64,000 nt of DNA, from positions 46,624-110,623 of the forward strand of contig CAUPQG010000012.1 of NCBI GenBank assembly GCA_963513355.1, read 5' to 3'. This stretch comes from an uncultured Rhodoferax sp. (GTDB lineage: Bacteria > Pseudomonadota > Gammaproteobacteria > Burkholderiales > Burkholderiaceae_C). The translations under genes were made by a program, and so were the position numbers. The notes under the pieces were generated by a model. The model saw only the letters and a program-made list of their open reading frames with translations. It was not told the DNA's origin and searched no databases. Shown in pieces: positions 1-8,607 of the stretch; position 1 is the first letter of the stretch; every line of letters begins with the position of its first letter.

Positions 1-1
1 C

Positions 2-283
2 ATGGACCCCATCGTTATGTTGTTCGACGAGCCCACATCGGCGCTGGACCCTGAAATGGTTGGTGAAGTGCTGGACGTCATGGTGACACTGGCCAAAGAA
101 GGGATGACCATGATGGTGGTGACCCATGAGATGGGATTTGCCCGCAAAGTGGCCAGCCGGGTTATCTTCATTGACGTGGGCGGCAAGATCCTGGAAGACT
201 GCTCCAAGGATGAGTTCTTCAACCACCCGGAGAACCGCCAACCCCGAACAAAAGACTTCCTGAGCAAGATTCTCCAGCACTGA
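2..283 (+). CDS. Polar amino-acid ABC transporter ATP-binding protein, C-terminal fragment (5' end lies outside the window)
   Basis: Walker B and D-loop region [13 protein letters not shown]-loop VTHEMGFA, and a C-terminal tail typical of GlnQ/AapP-type ATPases. Confidence 0.85.
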   Translation: MDPIVMLFDEPTSALDPEMVGEVLDVMVTLAKEGMTMMVVTHEMGFARKVASRVIFIDVGGKILEDCSKDEFFNHPENRQPRTKDFLSKILQH

Positions 284-313
284 ACTCACGTTATTGAAGA
301 AGGATCAACTGCC

Positions 314-1963
314 ATGCCCAGCGCCATCCACCGATCCATTTCCACACGATTGACGCTTGGGTTTGGCGGAATATTGATCCTGCTGATTGCTGTGGCGGCC
401 GTGGGCCAGATATCCGCCAAAGCAGTGCAAAAGCGCATGCAGGAAATCACCGGGGTGAATGCCAGCAAGACCAAGCTGGCCAACGCCATGCTGGCCAGTG
501 TTAACGCGTTGGGCATACAAAGCCGCTCGGTGGTGATGCTGGATGCGGTTGACCCTGCTCGCTCGAAGGAGCAAAGCCAGCAGCTGAACGAATCACTCAA
601 GCGCTATGCGGCGCAACAAAAGGAACTGTCCGCACTGGTCCAGTCAGGAGACACCAACCCTGAAGAGCTGGCCCTGATGCAGGAAATCGAAGCCATCGCT
701 ACAAAGACCGGCCCTGAACTCCAGCAAGCTGCGATCCAGGCGCTAGATGGAGACCCGGTCGCCGCCAATATGACGGTGATGGTGCGCGCAAACCCTGGCG
801 AGCTCGCATGGAATAAGAAGCTCGCAGGAATGGTTGAATTGCAATACGCGCGCAGCCAAGAGGCAACCCAGCTGGCTGAGAAGACCCAATCGCAGGCCAT
901 GGCAACGGGTGTTGTACTGGTGATTGCCGCGTTGGCATTGGGTGCATTGATTGCTTGGCGCATTACCGTGAGCATCACCGCCCCTATTGGCCGCGCTGTG
1001 GTCGTCGCCGAACGGATCGCGGCTGGTGATCTGACGTCGGCCGTTGACGTGCGCATCAACGATGAAACCGGACGCCTTCTGGAAGCCATTGCCACCATGC
1101 AAGACAAACTGCGGCAACTGGTTGGCAATATCAGTCAGACGGCGAACAATATCGAGTCCTCCAGCGCCGAAGTTGCCAGTGCTACCCTGGACCTTAGTCA
1201 GCGTACCGAAGTGGCCTCGCACAGCCTGCAATCGGCGGCCAACAATCTGGAAAATCTGAATGAAACAGTGGAGCACAGCGCGGAGTCGGCTCGCAACGCC
1301 AATCGCCTCGCCGCAGCTGCTTCAGACACGGCAACCCGCAGTGGAGAAGTAGTGAGCAGAGTCGTTCAGCGTATGGATGACATCAGCGCCAGCTCGCGCA
1401 AGATTGCAGACATCATCAGCGTTATTGACGGCATTGCATTTCAGACCAATATCCTGGCGCTGAATGCGGCGGTCGAAGCGGCCCGCGCCGGCGAACAAGG
1501 GCGTGGTTTTGCCGTTGTGGCTGGCGAGGTGCGAAGCCTGGCAGGCCGCGCCGCAGCATCGGCCAAGGAAATCAAGACACTGATCGGTAACAGTACTGAA
1601 CAAGTGGAAGCAGGAACAGCGCTGGTCGCACAGGCTGGCAGCATCATTCAGGACATGGTGCAGTCGGTAAAGGAAGTGTCCACCATTGTTGGTGAGATTG
1701 CCGTTGCTACCGGCGAGCAGAGTGGGCGAATCGGCTCCATCTCACACGCTGTGACACAGCTTGACGATACCTTGCAGCAAAATGCGGCCATGGTCGAGGA
1801 AAGTGCCGCCGCGTCCGAAAACCTGAAAGACCAGGCCCTTAACCTCACACACATTGTGAGCACCTTCAAACTTAGTCGGGACGAAGTGGGCTACTCTAGC
1901 CAGGCAAAGTCGATCCCGCCCAGCAGCAACAACCAACGCTTGTTATCCAATCGGTCTTCTTGA
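314..1963 (+). CDS. Methyl-accepting chemotaxis protein (N-terminal TM, 4-helix-bundle sensor, HAMP, MCP signalling domain)
   Basis: TM segment [19 protein letters not shown], a second TM followed by a HAMP region, and the conserved tip [32 protein letters not shown]. Confidence 0.9.
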   Translation: MPSAIHRSISTRLTLGFGGILILLIAVAAVGQISAKAVQKRMQEITGVNASKTKLANAMLASVNALGIQSRSVVMLDAVDPARSKEQSQQLNESLKRYAAQQKELSALVQSGDTNPEELALMQEIEAIATKTGPELQQAAIQALDGDPVAANMTVMVRANPGELAWNKKLAGMVELQYARSQEATQLAEKTQSQAMATGVVLVIAALALGALIAWRITVSITAPIGRAVVVAERIAAGDLTSAVDVRINDETGRLLEAIATMQDKLRQLVGNISQTANNIESSSAEVASATLDLSQRTEVASHSLQSAANNLENLNETVEHSAESARNANRLAAAASDTATRSGEVVSRVVQRMDDISASSRKIADIISVIDGIAFQTNILALNAAVEAARAGEQGRGFAVVAGEVRSLAGRAAASAKEIKTLIGNSTEQVEAGTALVAQAGSIIQDMVQSVKEVSTIVGEIAVATGEQSGRIGSISHAVTQLDDTLQQNAAMVEESAAASENLKDQALNLTHIVSTFKLSRDEVGYSSQAKSIPPSSNNQRLLSNRSS

Positions 1964-2030
1964 GCACCAGATAAAGCAGCGCGTGGAGCGCTACAAAAGT
2001 TACTGTTACCTGGTTTTTCGGTACGAGCGA

Positions 2031-2070
2031 AAGGCCTCAGCGTAAACTGCTGAGGCCTTTTGTATTTTTG
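2031..2070 (+). terminator. Rho-independent terminator after the MCP gene
   Basis: Perfect 11-bp stem AAGGCCTCAGC / GCTGAGGCCTT with a 7-nt loop, followed by TTGTATTTTTG. Confidence 0.65.
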
Positions 2071-2087
2071 TTCTGGAGTACGGGAAG

Positions 2088-3119
2088 ATGAAACCATGCA
2101 CTGTAAGTATCTTTGCCACCTTGGTGGCATGTCTGAGCCTTGCTTGGTCTGCCCCCGCACAAGCTGGTAGGACGCTGGACGGTATCAAGGCACGTGACAA
2201 GGTTGTGTGCGGCGTTCATACGGGCCTGACAGGCTTTTCTGCTGCCGACTCCAACGGCAACTGGAGCGGCCTGGACGCCGACATCTGTCGAGCCATTGCA
2301 GCCGCCGTCCTCGGAAATGGCGATAAGGTCAAGTTTGTGCCGCTGCCTGCGCAAGCCCGCTTCACGGCGCTACAGTCGGGTGAGATCGACGTATTGTCAC
2401 GCAACACGACCTTCACCCTAACCCGCGACGCCTCCCTTGGCCTGAGCCAGACCGCGGTAACCTACTATGACGGTCAGGGCTTCATGGTGCCAGTCAAGAG
2501 CAAGATCAAGTCCCCCAAACAGCTCAAGGACCAGTCCGTGTGTGTGCAATCGGGCACCACCTCCGAAAAAAATCTGACGGACTATTCCAAGACCCATGGG
2601 CTAAACATCAAGCCCGTAGTTTTCGAAAAACTCGAAGTTGTGGAAGGTGCCTACTTCTCTGGCCGCTGTATCGCTTACACCAGTGAAACATCAGGTCTGA
2701 CCTCTGTCCGGCACAAATCAGCCAAGAATCCGGCTGACCATGTCATCCTGTCAGAAATCATTTCCAAAGAGCCCTTGGGTCCGTTGGTACGCCGAGGTGA
2801 CGATGAGTGGTTTGCCATTGTCAAATGGGTGATCTACGGGCTGATCGAAGCGGAAGAGTATGGCGTAACCCAGGCCAACGTGAACACCATGAAAACCAAC
2901 CCAAACCCTGTCGTGGGTCGCTTGCTGGGCGTCACAGAAGACACGGGTAAGCTGCTGGGACTCGACAAGGAATGGCTAGCTCGTGCCATCAAAACCACCG
3001 GCAACTACGGTGAGATTTTTGAGCGCAATGTCGGATCCAAATCGGCACTGCAATTGCCCAGGGGGTTAAACAATCTATGGAACAAGGGTGGCATCATGTA
3101 CGCCATACCCGTTCGCTAA
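2088..3119 (+). CDS. Amino-acid ABC transporter periplasmic substrate-binding protein (AapJ/BztA-like)
   Basis: Signal peptide ending LAWSAPAQA. Length and sequence are typical of general L-amino-acid binding proteins (GFSAADSNGNWSGLDADICRAIAAAV). Confidence 0.85.
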   Translation: MKPCTVSIFATLVACLSLAWSAPAQAGRTLDGIKARDKVVCGVHTGLTGFSAADSNGNWSGLDADICRAIAAAVLGNGDKVKFVPLPAQARFTALQSGEIDVLSRNTTFTLTRDASLGLSQTAVTYYDGQGFMVPVKSKIKSPKQLKDQSVCVQSGTTSEKNLTDYSKTHGLNIKPVVFEKLEVVEGAYFSGRCIAYTSETSGLTSVRHKSAKNPADHVILSEIISKEPLGPLVRRGDDEWFAIVKWVIYGLIEAEEYGVTQANVNTMKTNPNPVVGRLLGVTEDTGKLLGLDKEWLARAIKTTGNYGEIFERNVGSKSALQLPRGLNNLWNKGGIMYAIPVR

Positions 3120-3196
3120 ACCAGCAGCCACAATGACCCCTCAGGTAAAACAGGAGGTCACTGCAGCTGAAGTCTTAGCCAATAGAGCAGAGACCG

Positions 3197-3565
3197 TCAA
3201 ACACCTACCAGCTTCTTAAACGACGGCAAAACCGCATCGCCCTTGAACGGCTTCACAATCCAGCCCTTGATGCCGGCAGCCTTGCCACGTTCTTTCATGA
3301 CGGGCGAATTCTCTGTGGTGAGCATAACGATGCTGACAGCATTGTTGTTGAGCTCACTGCGCACCTTTTCGGCCATCGTCAGGCCGTCCATATTAGGCAT
3401 GTTGACATCACATACGATCAACTTGATGCCAGGATCAGCCTTGAGTTTGACCAAACCGTCGCGTCCATCCACCGCAAGGGCCACCGTAAGTCCGTTCTTT
3501 TGCAGAAAATCGCCCACTTCATTACGGACGGTGCTTGAGTCATCTACTACCAAAATTTGTGCCAT
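3197..3565 (-). CDS. CheY-like single-domain response regulator
   Basis: 122 aa with the canonical receiver residues: VVDDS, phospho-acceptor context LIVCDVNMP, LTTE and VKPF. Confidence 0.9.
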   Translation of the reverse strand: MAQILVVDDSSTVRNEVGDFLQKNGLTVALAVDGRDGLVKLKADPGIKLIVCDVNMPNMDGLTMAEKVRSELNNNAVSIVMLTTENSPVMKERGKAAGIKGWIVKPFKGDAVLPSFKKLVGV

Positions 3566-3583
3566 AACAAGCCCTCTTAAGTT

Positions 3584-4558
3584 TCAGAAAAATTCCAGTT
3601 CACCAGAAGAAACGAAATCGTCAACCGATGCAACATTCTCGGCGAAATCCTCTGGCGACCAACTCAAATTAAAGACGAATTTTTGTTGGATCACCAATGG
3701 TCGAAACGAAGCATCATTCGCATCGGATATGGTGTACTTAAAACAAAGTTGCGGGTTCTCCGAACCAAACGAAATGTAGCGGTGCAGATTATTGATGATG
3801 ATGGGTACTTGCGACAGATAGGTATCTTCACGCACATTCGACAAATAGCGATTCTTAATGGCGCCCCAGATGAGATTGGTAATCTCACCGAGCAGTCCAT
3901 TGAGGTGTCGGAAATCAAACGCATCCTGGGGATTGAGAAAAGTACGCCCGGCCTTAACCATATGCGTCAAAGCGTCCTCCTCAGTCTGCAGCATCATGTA
4001 GCCACGGCACCAACTGCTTTCTAACGGGATCAATGTAAAGATTTCGCCAAAAATCAGGCGGTCCCGAACCAGGTAAGGTGCTTCAACTTCAACTTTCACG
4101 GACTTGAACTGGCTCTCAAGTGCAGGAATTGCAATTTCAGTAATGCCGCGGACCAGTGCGTTCGGATACGAGCGGCTGAAAATGTACTCCTCAATGACGG
4201 ATTGCAGCTTGGAGATCGTGTCAATGGTGTAGGTGGCACTGAACAACGGCCGATCACGCTCGGCCAGATCATCATTGCCGTCCACAGCCTCGCGACGCAG
4301 AAAAATGGGCAGTTCAGGGCGGACCGCGTGAATCTTACGGGCCAACCCAATACCGCCCTGTGCACTAATGGCATAGGACTCGGATAGCAGGATGGCGCCC
4401 AAATCCAGGTTGGAACGGAGCACAGCCATAACGTTGTCGGGCAGAACCTTAAGCCCGACCAAACTGTTGCTATCGCAAAAAACCTTGATACGGTCAAGAC
4501 AACTTGCATCATTGTCCAAGACCAACACCTTGCTGACAATCTTTGCCTGTTCGGTCAT
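3584..4558 (-). CDS. Degenerate receiver-like domain fused to a CheX-like (chemotaxis phosphatase-like) domain
   Basis: The N-terminus has a receiver-like pattern (VLVLDND ...), but ILLSES sits where the acceptor Asp is expected. The C-terminal half carries a CheX/CheC-like E-x2-N signature (LLGEITNLIWGAIKN). The protein ends in GELEFF. Alignment was by eye only. Confidence 0.55.
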   Translation of the reverse strand: MTEQAKIVSKVLVLDNDASCLDRIKVFCDSNSLVGLKVLPDNVMAVLRSNLDLGAILLSESYAISAQGGIGLARKIHAVRPELPIFLRREAVDGNDDLAERDRPLFSATYTIDTISKLQSVIEEYIFSRSYPNALVRGITEIAIPALESQFKSVKVEVEAPYLVRDRLIFGEIFTLIPLESSWCRGYMMLQTEEDALTHMVKAGRTFLNPQDAFDFRHLNGLLGEITNLIWGAIKNRYLSNVREDTYLSQVPIIINNLHRYISFGSENPQLCFKYTISDANDASFRPLVIQQKFVFNLSWSPEDFAENVASVDDFVSSGELEFF

Positions 4559-4588
4559 TTTGCTTCCTTTTGAAAATGCAAACCTTGC

Positions 4589-5143
4589 CTAGAAAAACTC
4601 CATCTCGCCGGCGGCCGTAGCGTCTTCGGCCACTGCCCAGTCAAAATCGATATCCCCATAGTCACGCACGCATAGCGAGACATAAAACTGCCGGTCGCCA
4701 TTGATGGTGGCGCGAAAATGTTGAAGGTGCCCACCATTGAGTGACTCCAGGTGGTTTACACAGTCGCGCTCGATGATGTTGGGGGTGGACATGGCCACAT
4801 GGGGATAGACGGTTGCCAATTCACGATTCAACGTGCCACAGCATATGTTGCCGCACTCCCGAATGGCGTCAAAAAAAGCATTCTCATTCATCTCGGCAGG
4901 GTCAACATTGTTGACCCCGGCAAAATACCCTCGAGTTGCCTCATCTGGTGAAAAATAGATCATCACCGACAAGCGAAACACGAACGAAGCCACCGTAAGC
5001 ATGACGACACTGGTTTCCTTGATGTGCTTGAGGTTGGGGACCACCTCAACTTCACACGTTTCAGGCGATGATCCACCCATGCTGGCCTTTACGCCCAGCA
5101 TGACCATTTGGTCAAAGCTATTCTGTGCGCGATTGCTTATCAT
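4589..5143 (-). CDS. Stand-alone CheX-like protein
   Basis: 184 aa with the signature DAIRECGNICCGTLNRE (D-x3-E-x2-N). It is a paralog of the C-terminal half of the neighbouring gene and ends in GEMEFF. Confidence 0.55.
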   Translation of the reverse strand: MISNRAQNSFDQMVMLGVKASMGGSSPETCEVEVVPNLKHIKETSVVMLTVASFVFRLSVMIYFSPDEATRGYFAGVNNVDPAEMNENAFFDAIRECGNICCGTLNRELATVYPHVAMSTPNIIERDCVNHLESLNGGHLQHFRATINGDRQFYVSLCVRDYGDIDFDWAVAEDATAAGEMEFF

Positions 5144-5154
5144 GTGGGGTCGCT

Positions 5155-5874
5155 CTAAGGCGCAAGCCCGTCTTTGATCTTGTTGTTAATCAGGTTAAGC
5201 CCCGTCAGCGAACTGATGATCATCTTCCCCCCAGCTTGCAAGTCCTGAAAAGTGGTGGTGGTAATCAAATCATTCTGGTGCAGGCTATTGCGATAACCTT
5301 CAGACAGACTCTCTGCCCTAGCAGCCAGGTTTCGCATTTCATCAGCCACTACAGCGAAACCACGCCCGGATGCGCCAGCCCTAGCCGCCTCAATCGAGGC
5401 GTTGAGCGTCACAATGATCATGTATTTCACAATGGACGCAAATTCGTCGTTCTTTTCATGCATAGCCCGGTTGTGAACGACCAATTCGTTCATGTCGGCA
5501 TGCCAACGTTCGAAGGTCTTTACCAAGTCGAGCAACGTCACGATTTCGCCAGCCAAGGCCTTGCTGTTGTCCAGAGCGGAAGCTCCCGCATACTGGCTTC
5601 TCTGAAGTTGCTCCAATGCCTCTGGATGCAGATCCTGACGCAATCGTTCAATCTCCGCCTCCATCGCGGAACGCTCGCGCTCGGACGAATCGAGCAACTC
5701 CTGGTGTTCTCGCTGTTGCGCCTCTAGCAACTCCTTCAAGTGCTGCGTCTCATCGCTCGCCTCTTGAGAGTCGGCCATTGTTGCAAGCCGGCGTTTGAGT
5801 ATCAGCACCTGCCAACCCAAAAAACACGCGATTGCAACAGCCGCAATTAGCAGAAATACTGTTGTGTTGCCCAT
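5155..5874 (-). CDS. Membrane-anchored mini-MCP (single N-terminal TM, coiled coil, short MCP signalling hairpin)
   Basis: TM segment VFLLIAAVAIACFLGWQVLIL and the conserved MCP tip [31 protein letters not shown]. There is no periplasmic domain and no HAMP. Only about 60 residues flank the tip on each side. Confidence 0.75.
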   Translation of the reverse strand: MGNTTVFLLIAAVAIACFLGWQVLILKRRLATMADSQEASDETQHLKELLEAQQREHQELLDSSERERSAMEAEIERLRQDLHPEALEQLQRSQYAGASALDNSKALAGEIVTLLDLVKTFERWHADMNELVVHNRAMHEKNDEFASIVKYMIIVTLNASIEAARAGASGRGFAVVADEMRNLAARAESLSEGYRNSLHQNDLITTTTFQDLQAGGKMIISSLTGLNLINNKIKDGLAP

Positions 5875-6195
5875 GGCACCTCAATCAATTAACGCTTGGT
5901 ACAGACAAGACTAGCATAGGCTGTCACTGTTCGCCACTCCGTAACGATCTCCTACTGACAACCCAGAGTTGCCCAACAAACCCTGAATCCTATGCTACGC
6001 GAGTTGTCAGCCGCTATATGGAAAATGTAAAGAGACTGTAGCTTCAACGCTACAGGGAAACCCCTTGGCAACTTGGCTGGACAACAGATCGCCGGTGCGC
6101 GAACATTCGGCTCATAATGGATTCGCCGAATGGCTCAAAGCTTGCTTAGAGCCTACACATTTGCGTTGGAAAAACCTGAAGGACTTCGGAAACAT

Positions 6196-8592
6196 ATGTT
6201 CAAGTCATACTTTCAATCCATGTCATTGGCACGCAGGCTGTCGCTGGGCTTCACCAGCGTCCTCATACTTTTGCTTGCGGTAGCAATTACCAGCATCTAT
6301 GCCCTGCAACTGCAAGGCAAGCGGGTGCAACGCATTGTTCAGGTCAACAACGTCAAAACTTCTTTGGCCAATGACTTGATGGGAAATATCAACGACTTGG
6401 CGATTCGAGCCCGAACTGCAGCGCTGTTCACCGACATGGATCGAAAGCAGCTGGACATTGAATTTTCTGAAGCAAAAAAAGCTGAAAAGTCGTTCCTAAA
6501 AGTCGAAGAGTCGCTTGGCGCTCTCTTGGTGGGAGACAACGCCACCGACAGAGAACGCGCGCTGATGACTGACATCTCTGCTGCTGGAAAGAAAGTGTTG
6601 CCGTCCACGGCAGAGTCGTTGGAACAGGCGATGGACGCGGACAACGTGGCTGCTGTGCTCACCCTGAACAATCGGGTCAGGCCTGCGGAGATCGTTCTGC
6701 GGGCGAAGGTGACTGAGCTGATTGACCTGCAGAGCAAGATCAATGAAGAGGCCAACAATGACGTTCTCTCTTTGCAACGCACGGTATTTGTGACACTGGG
6801 GATATTGGTAACAGTAGCACTTGCCATGGGAGGTTTCATTGCTTGGCGCATAACCAATAGTGTGGTTCAGCCCATCACCCAAATGCAGGTCATGATGAGC
6901 GAAATTGCCACCAGCCAAGACTTTTCCCGCCGCGTTCCGGTGGAGCGTATGGATGAGATCGGGATGTCTATTGTGGCCTTTAACGCCATGATCGGAAAGA
7001 TCCAGGAAAGCTCGCAACAACTCAAGCAAAAGACCGCCGACATCCAGGCCATGATGCACTACATACCGCAGGGTATCTTGACCGTTGTAGCAGGCAACAA
7101 GGTGCACCCAGAGTTTTCTGCGCATCTGGAAACCATTTTGGAAACCAAGGACATTGCAGGCCGCGACCTGCTTGAACTGGTCTTTGAGGATAGCAGCTTT
7201 AATGCAGAAATTCAGTCCCAGGTCGAAGCGGCTGTGAGCGCCTGTATCGGCGAAGACAGCATGAATTTTCAGTTCAACGAGCATCTGTTGGTGAGCGAGG
7301 TTGAAAAGAAGATGCCGGACGGCCGGGTGAAGATTCTCGACCTGAGTTGGTCACCCATCACCGACGATGTGGGCACCGTTGTACGCCTGATGCTGTGCGT
7401 ACGCGACGTCACCGAACTCAAGGCCTTGGCAGCCGCAGCAGGCAAGCAAAAGCGCGAGCTCGACATCATTGGCCAGATCTTGGCGATTAGCCAGGAAAAA
7501 TTCTCTGGGTTTGTGGAGGGATCGGTCGAATTCTTGTCTGAAAACAAGAAAATCATCGACGCAGTGGGTGCAAAACCCAAAGGCGGACTGGACCCGGAAG
7601 CAATCACCGAATTGTTCCGCAACATGCACACCATCAAAGGCAATGCGCGCACCTACGGTTTTCTGCACCTGACCAACATGGTGCACGAGGCAGAGCAAAC
7701 TTACGACGAACTGCGCAAAGACCCGGATGCCGTGTGGGACCAAGAAAAGCTACTCAGCGAACTAGCCAATGCATCGGCTGCAATCGAAGAATACGCCCAT
7801 ATCAATAAAGTCAAATTGGGCAGAACGGGTCCGGGGCGTCGTGCAGGTGTGGAGAAATACCTGATGGTGCAGAAGCAGGACATTCAAGATGCACTGGATG
7901 TGATGGACGACTCAATACGCGGGACCGATCTGGCATCGATGCGCGCGGCACACCAGCGTGTGCACAACATGTTGCAAATGCTGGGCACCGTACGCGTTCA
8001 CGAAGCCTTGGAGGGCATAGTGGAGTCGCTGCCATCGCTTGCCAAAGAATTGGCCAAAGAGCCCCCACACATCAGCATCGCCGACCACAACATTGTGCTG
8101 CGTACACAGATCGTTGATTTGTTGAAGAACGTCTTTATGCACCTGTACCGCAACTCGATGGATCACGGCATCGAGACCGGGCCTGAGCGTATCGCCAAGG
8201 GCAAGCCAGCGGCCGGAAGCATTCAACTGGAATTGGCTCTGGCCGAGGGCAAGTTGCAACTCAAGCTCCGTGATGATGGGCGCGGGCTGGCAGTTGATTA
8301 CATTCGCAAAAAAGCGATTGAAAAGAAGCTGATCACAGCAGATCAGAACTTGTCACCAGAAGAAATTGCCCAACTCATTTTTGCACCAGGCTTTTCCACT
8401 GCCGAGCAGGTCACCGAAGTGTCGGGCCGTGGGGTGGGTATGGATGCGGTCAAGAGCTTTGTTGAACGCGAGGAAGGCTCCATTGAACTGTGTTTCCTGA
8501 ATCCGCAGTCGGCTGGCGCAAGCGACGGCTATCGGCCGTTTGAAACGGTCATCAGCATGCCAGCGAAATTTGCGGTGCGCTCGGTTAGCTAA
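6196..8592 (+). CDS. Transmembrane 4HB-HAMP-PAS-like-Hpt-CheA-type ATPase histidine kinase (receptor-CheA chimera)
   Basis: The N-terminus resembles an MCP 4HB sensor with two TM segments and a HAMP domain. The Hpt motif is FRNMHTIKGNARTYGF. The CheA-P4-like ATPase shows HLYRNSMDHGIE, DDGRGL and LIFAPGFSTAEQVTEVSGRGVGMDAVK. The ORF ends about 50 aa after the G2 box, so no CheW-like P5 is evident. The start could instead be the upstream ATG at 6130. Confidence 0.8.
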   Translation: MFKSYFQSMSLARRLSLGFTSVLILLLAVAITSIYALQLQGKRVQRIVQVNNVKTSLANDLMGNINDLAIRARTAALFTDMDRKQLDIEFSEAKKAEKSFLKVEESLGALLVGDNATDRERALMTDISAAGKKVLPSTAESLEQAMDADNVAAVLTLNNRVRPAEIVLRAKVTELIDLQSKINEEANNDVLSLQRTVFVTLGILVTVALAMGGFIAWRITNSVVQPITQMQVMMSEIATSQDFSRRVPVERMDEIGMSIVAFNAMIGKIQESSQQLKQKTADIQAMMHYIPQGILTVVAGNKVHPEFSAHLETILETKDIAGRDLLELVFEDSSFNAEIQSQVEAAVSACIGEDSMNFQFNEHLLVSEVEKKMPDGRVKILDLSWSPITDDVGTVVRLMLCVRDVTELKALAAAAGKQKRELDIIGQILAISQEKFSGFVEGSVEFLSENKKIIDAVGAKPKGGLDPEAITELFRNMHTIKGNARTYGFLHLTNMVHEAEQTYDELRKDPDAVWDQEKLLSELANASAAIEEYAHINKVKLGRTGPGRRAGVEKYLMVQKQDIQDALDVMDDSIRGTDLASMRAAHQRVHNMLQMLGTVRVHEALEGIVESLPSLAKELAKEPPHISIADHNIVLRTQIVDLLKNVFMHLYRNSMDHGIETGPERIAKGKPAAGSIQLELALAEGKLQLKLRDDGRGLAVDYIRKKAIEKKLITADQNLSPEEIAQLIFAPGFSTAEQVTEVSGRGVGMDAVKSFVEREEGSIELCFLNPQSAGASDGYRPFETVISMPAKFAVRSVS

Positions 8593-8607
8593 GACCGAAC
8601 AACCCCC

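Noticed and set aside
6063-6080. TTGGCAACTTGGCTGG upstream of the chimera kinase, considered as a sigma-54 (-24/-12) promoter.
   Set aside because: The GG-to-GC spacing is about 3 nt too short relative to TGGCAC-N5-TTGC. No enhancer-binding-protein gene is nearby.
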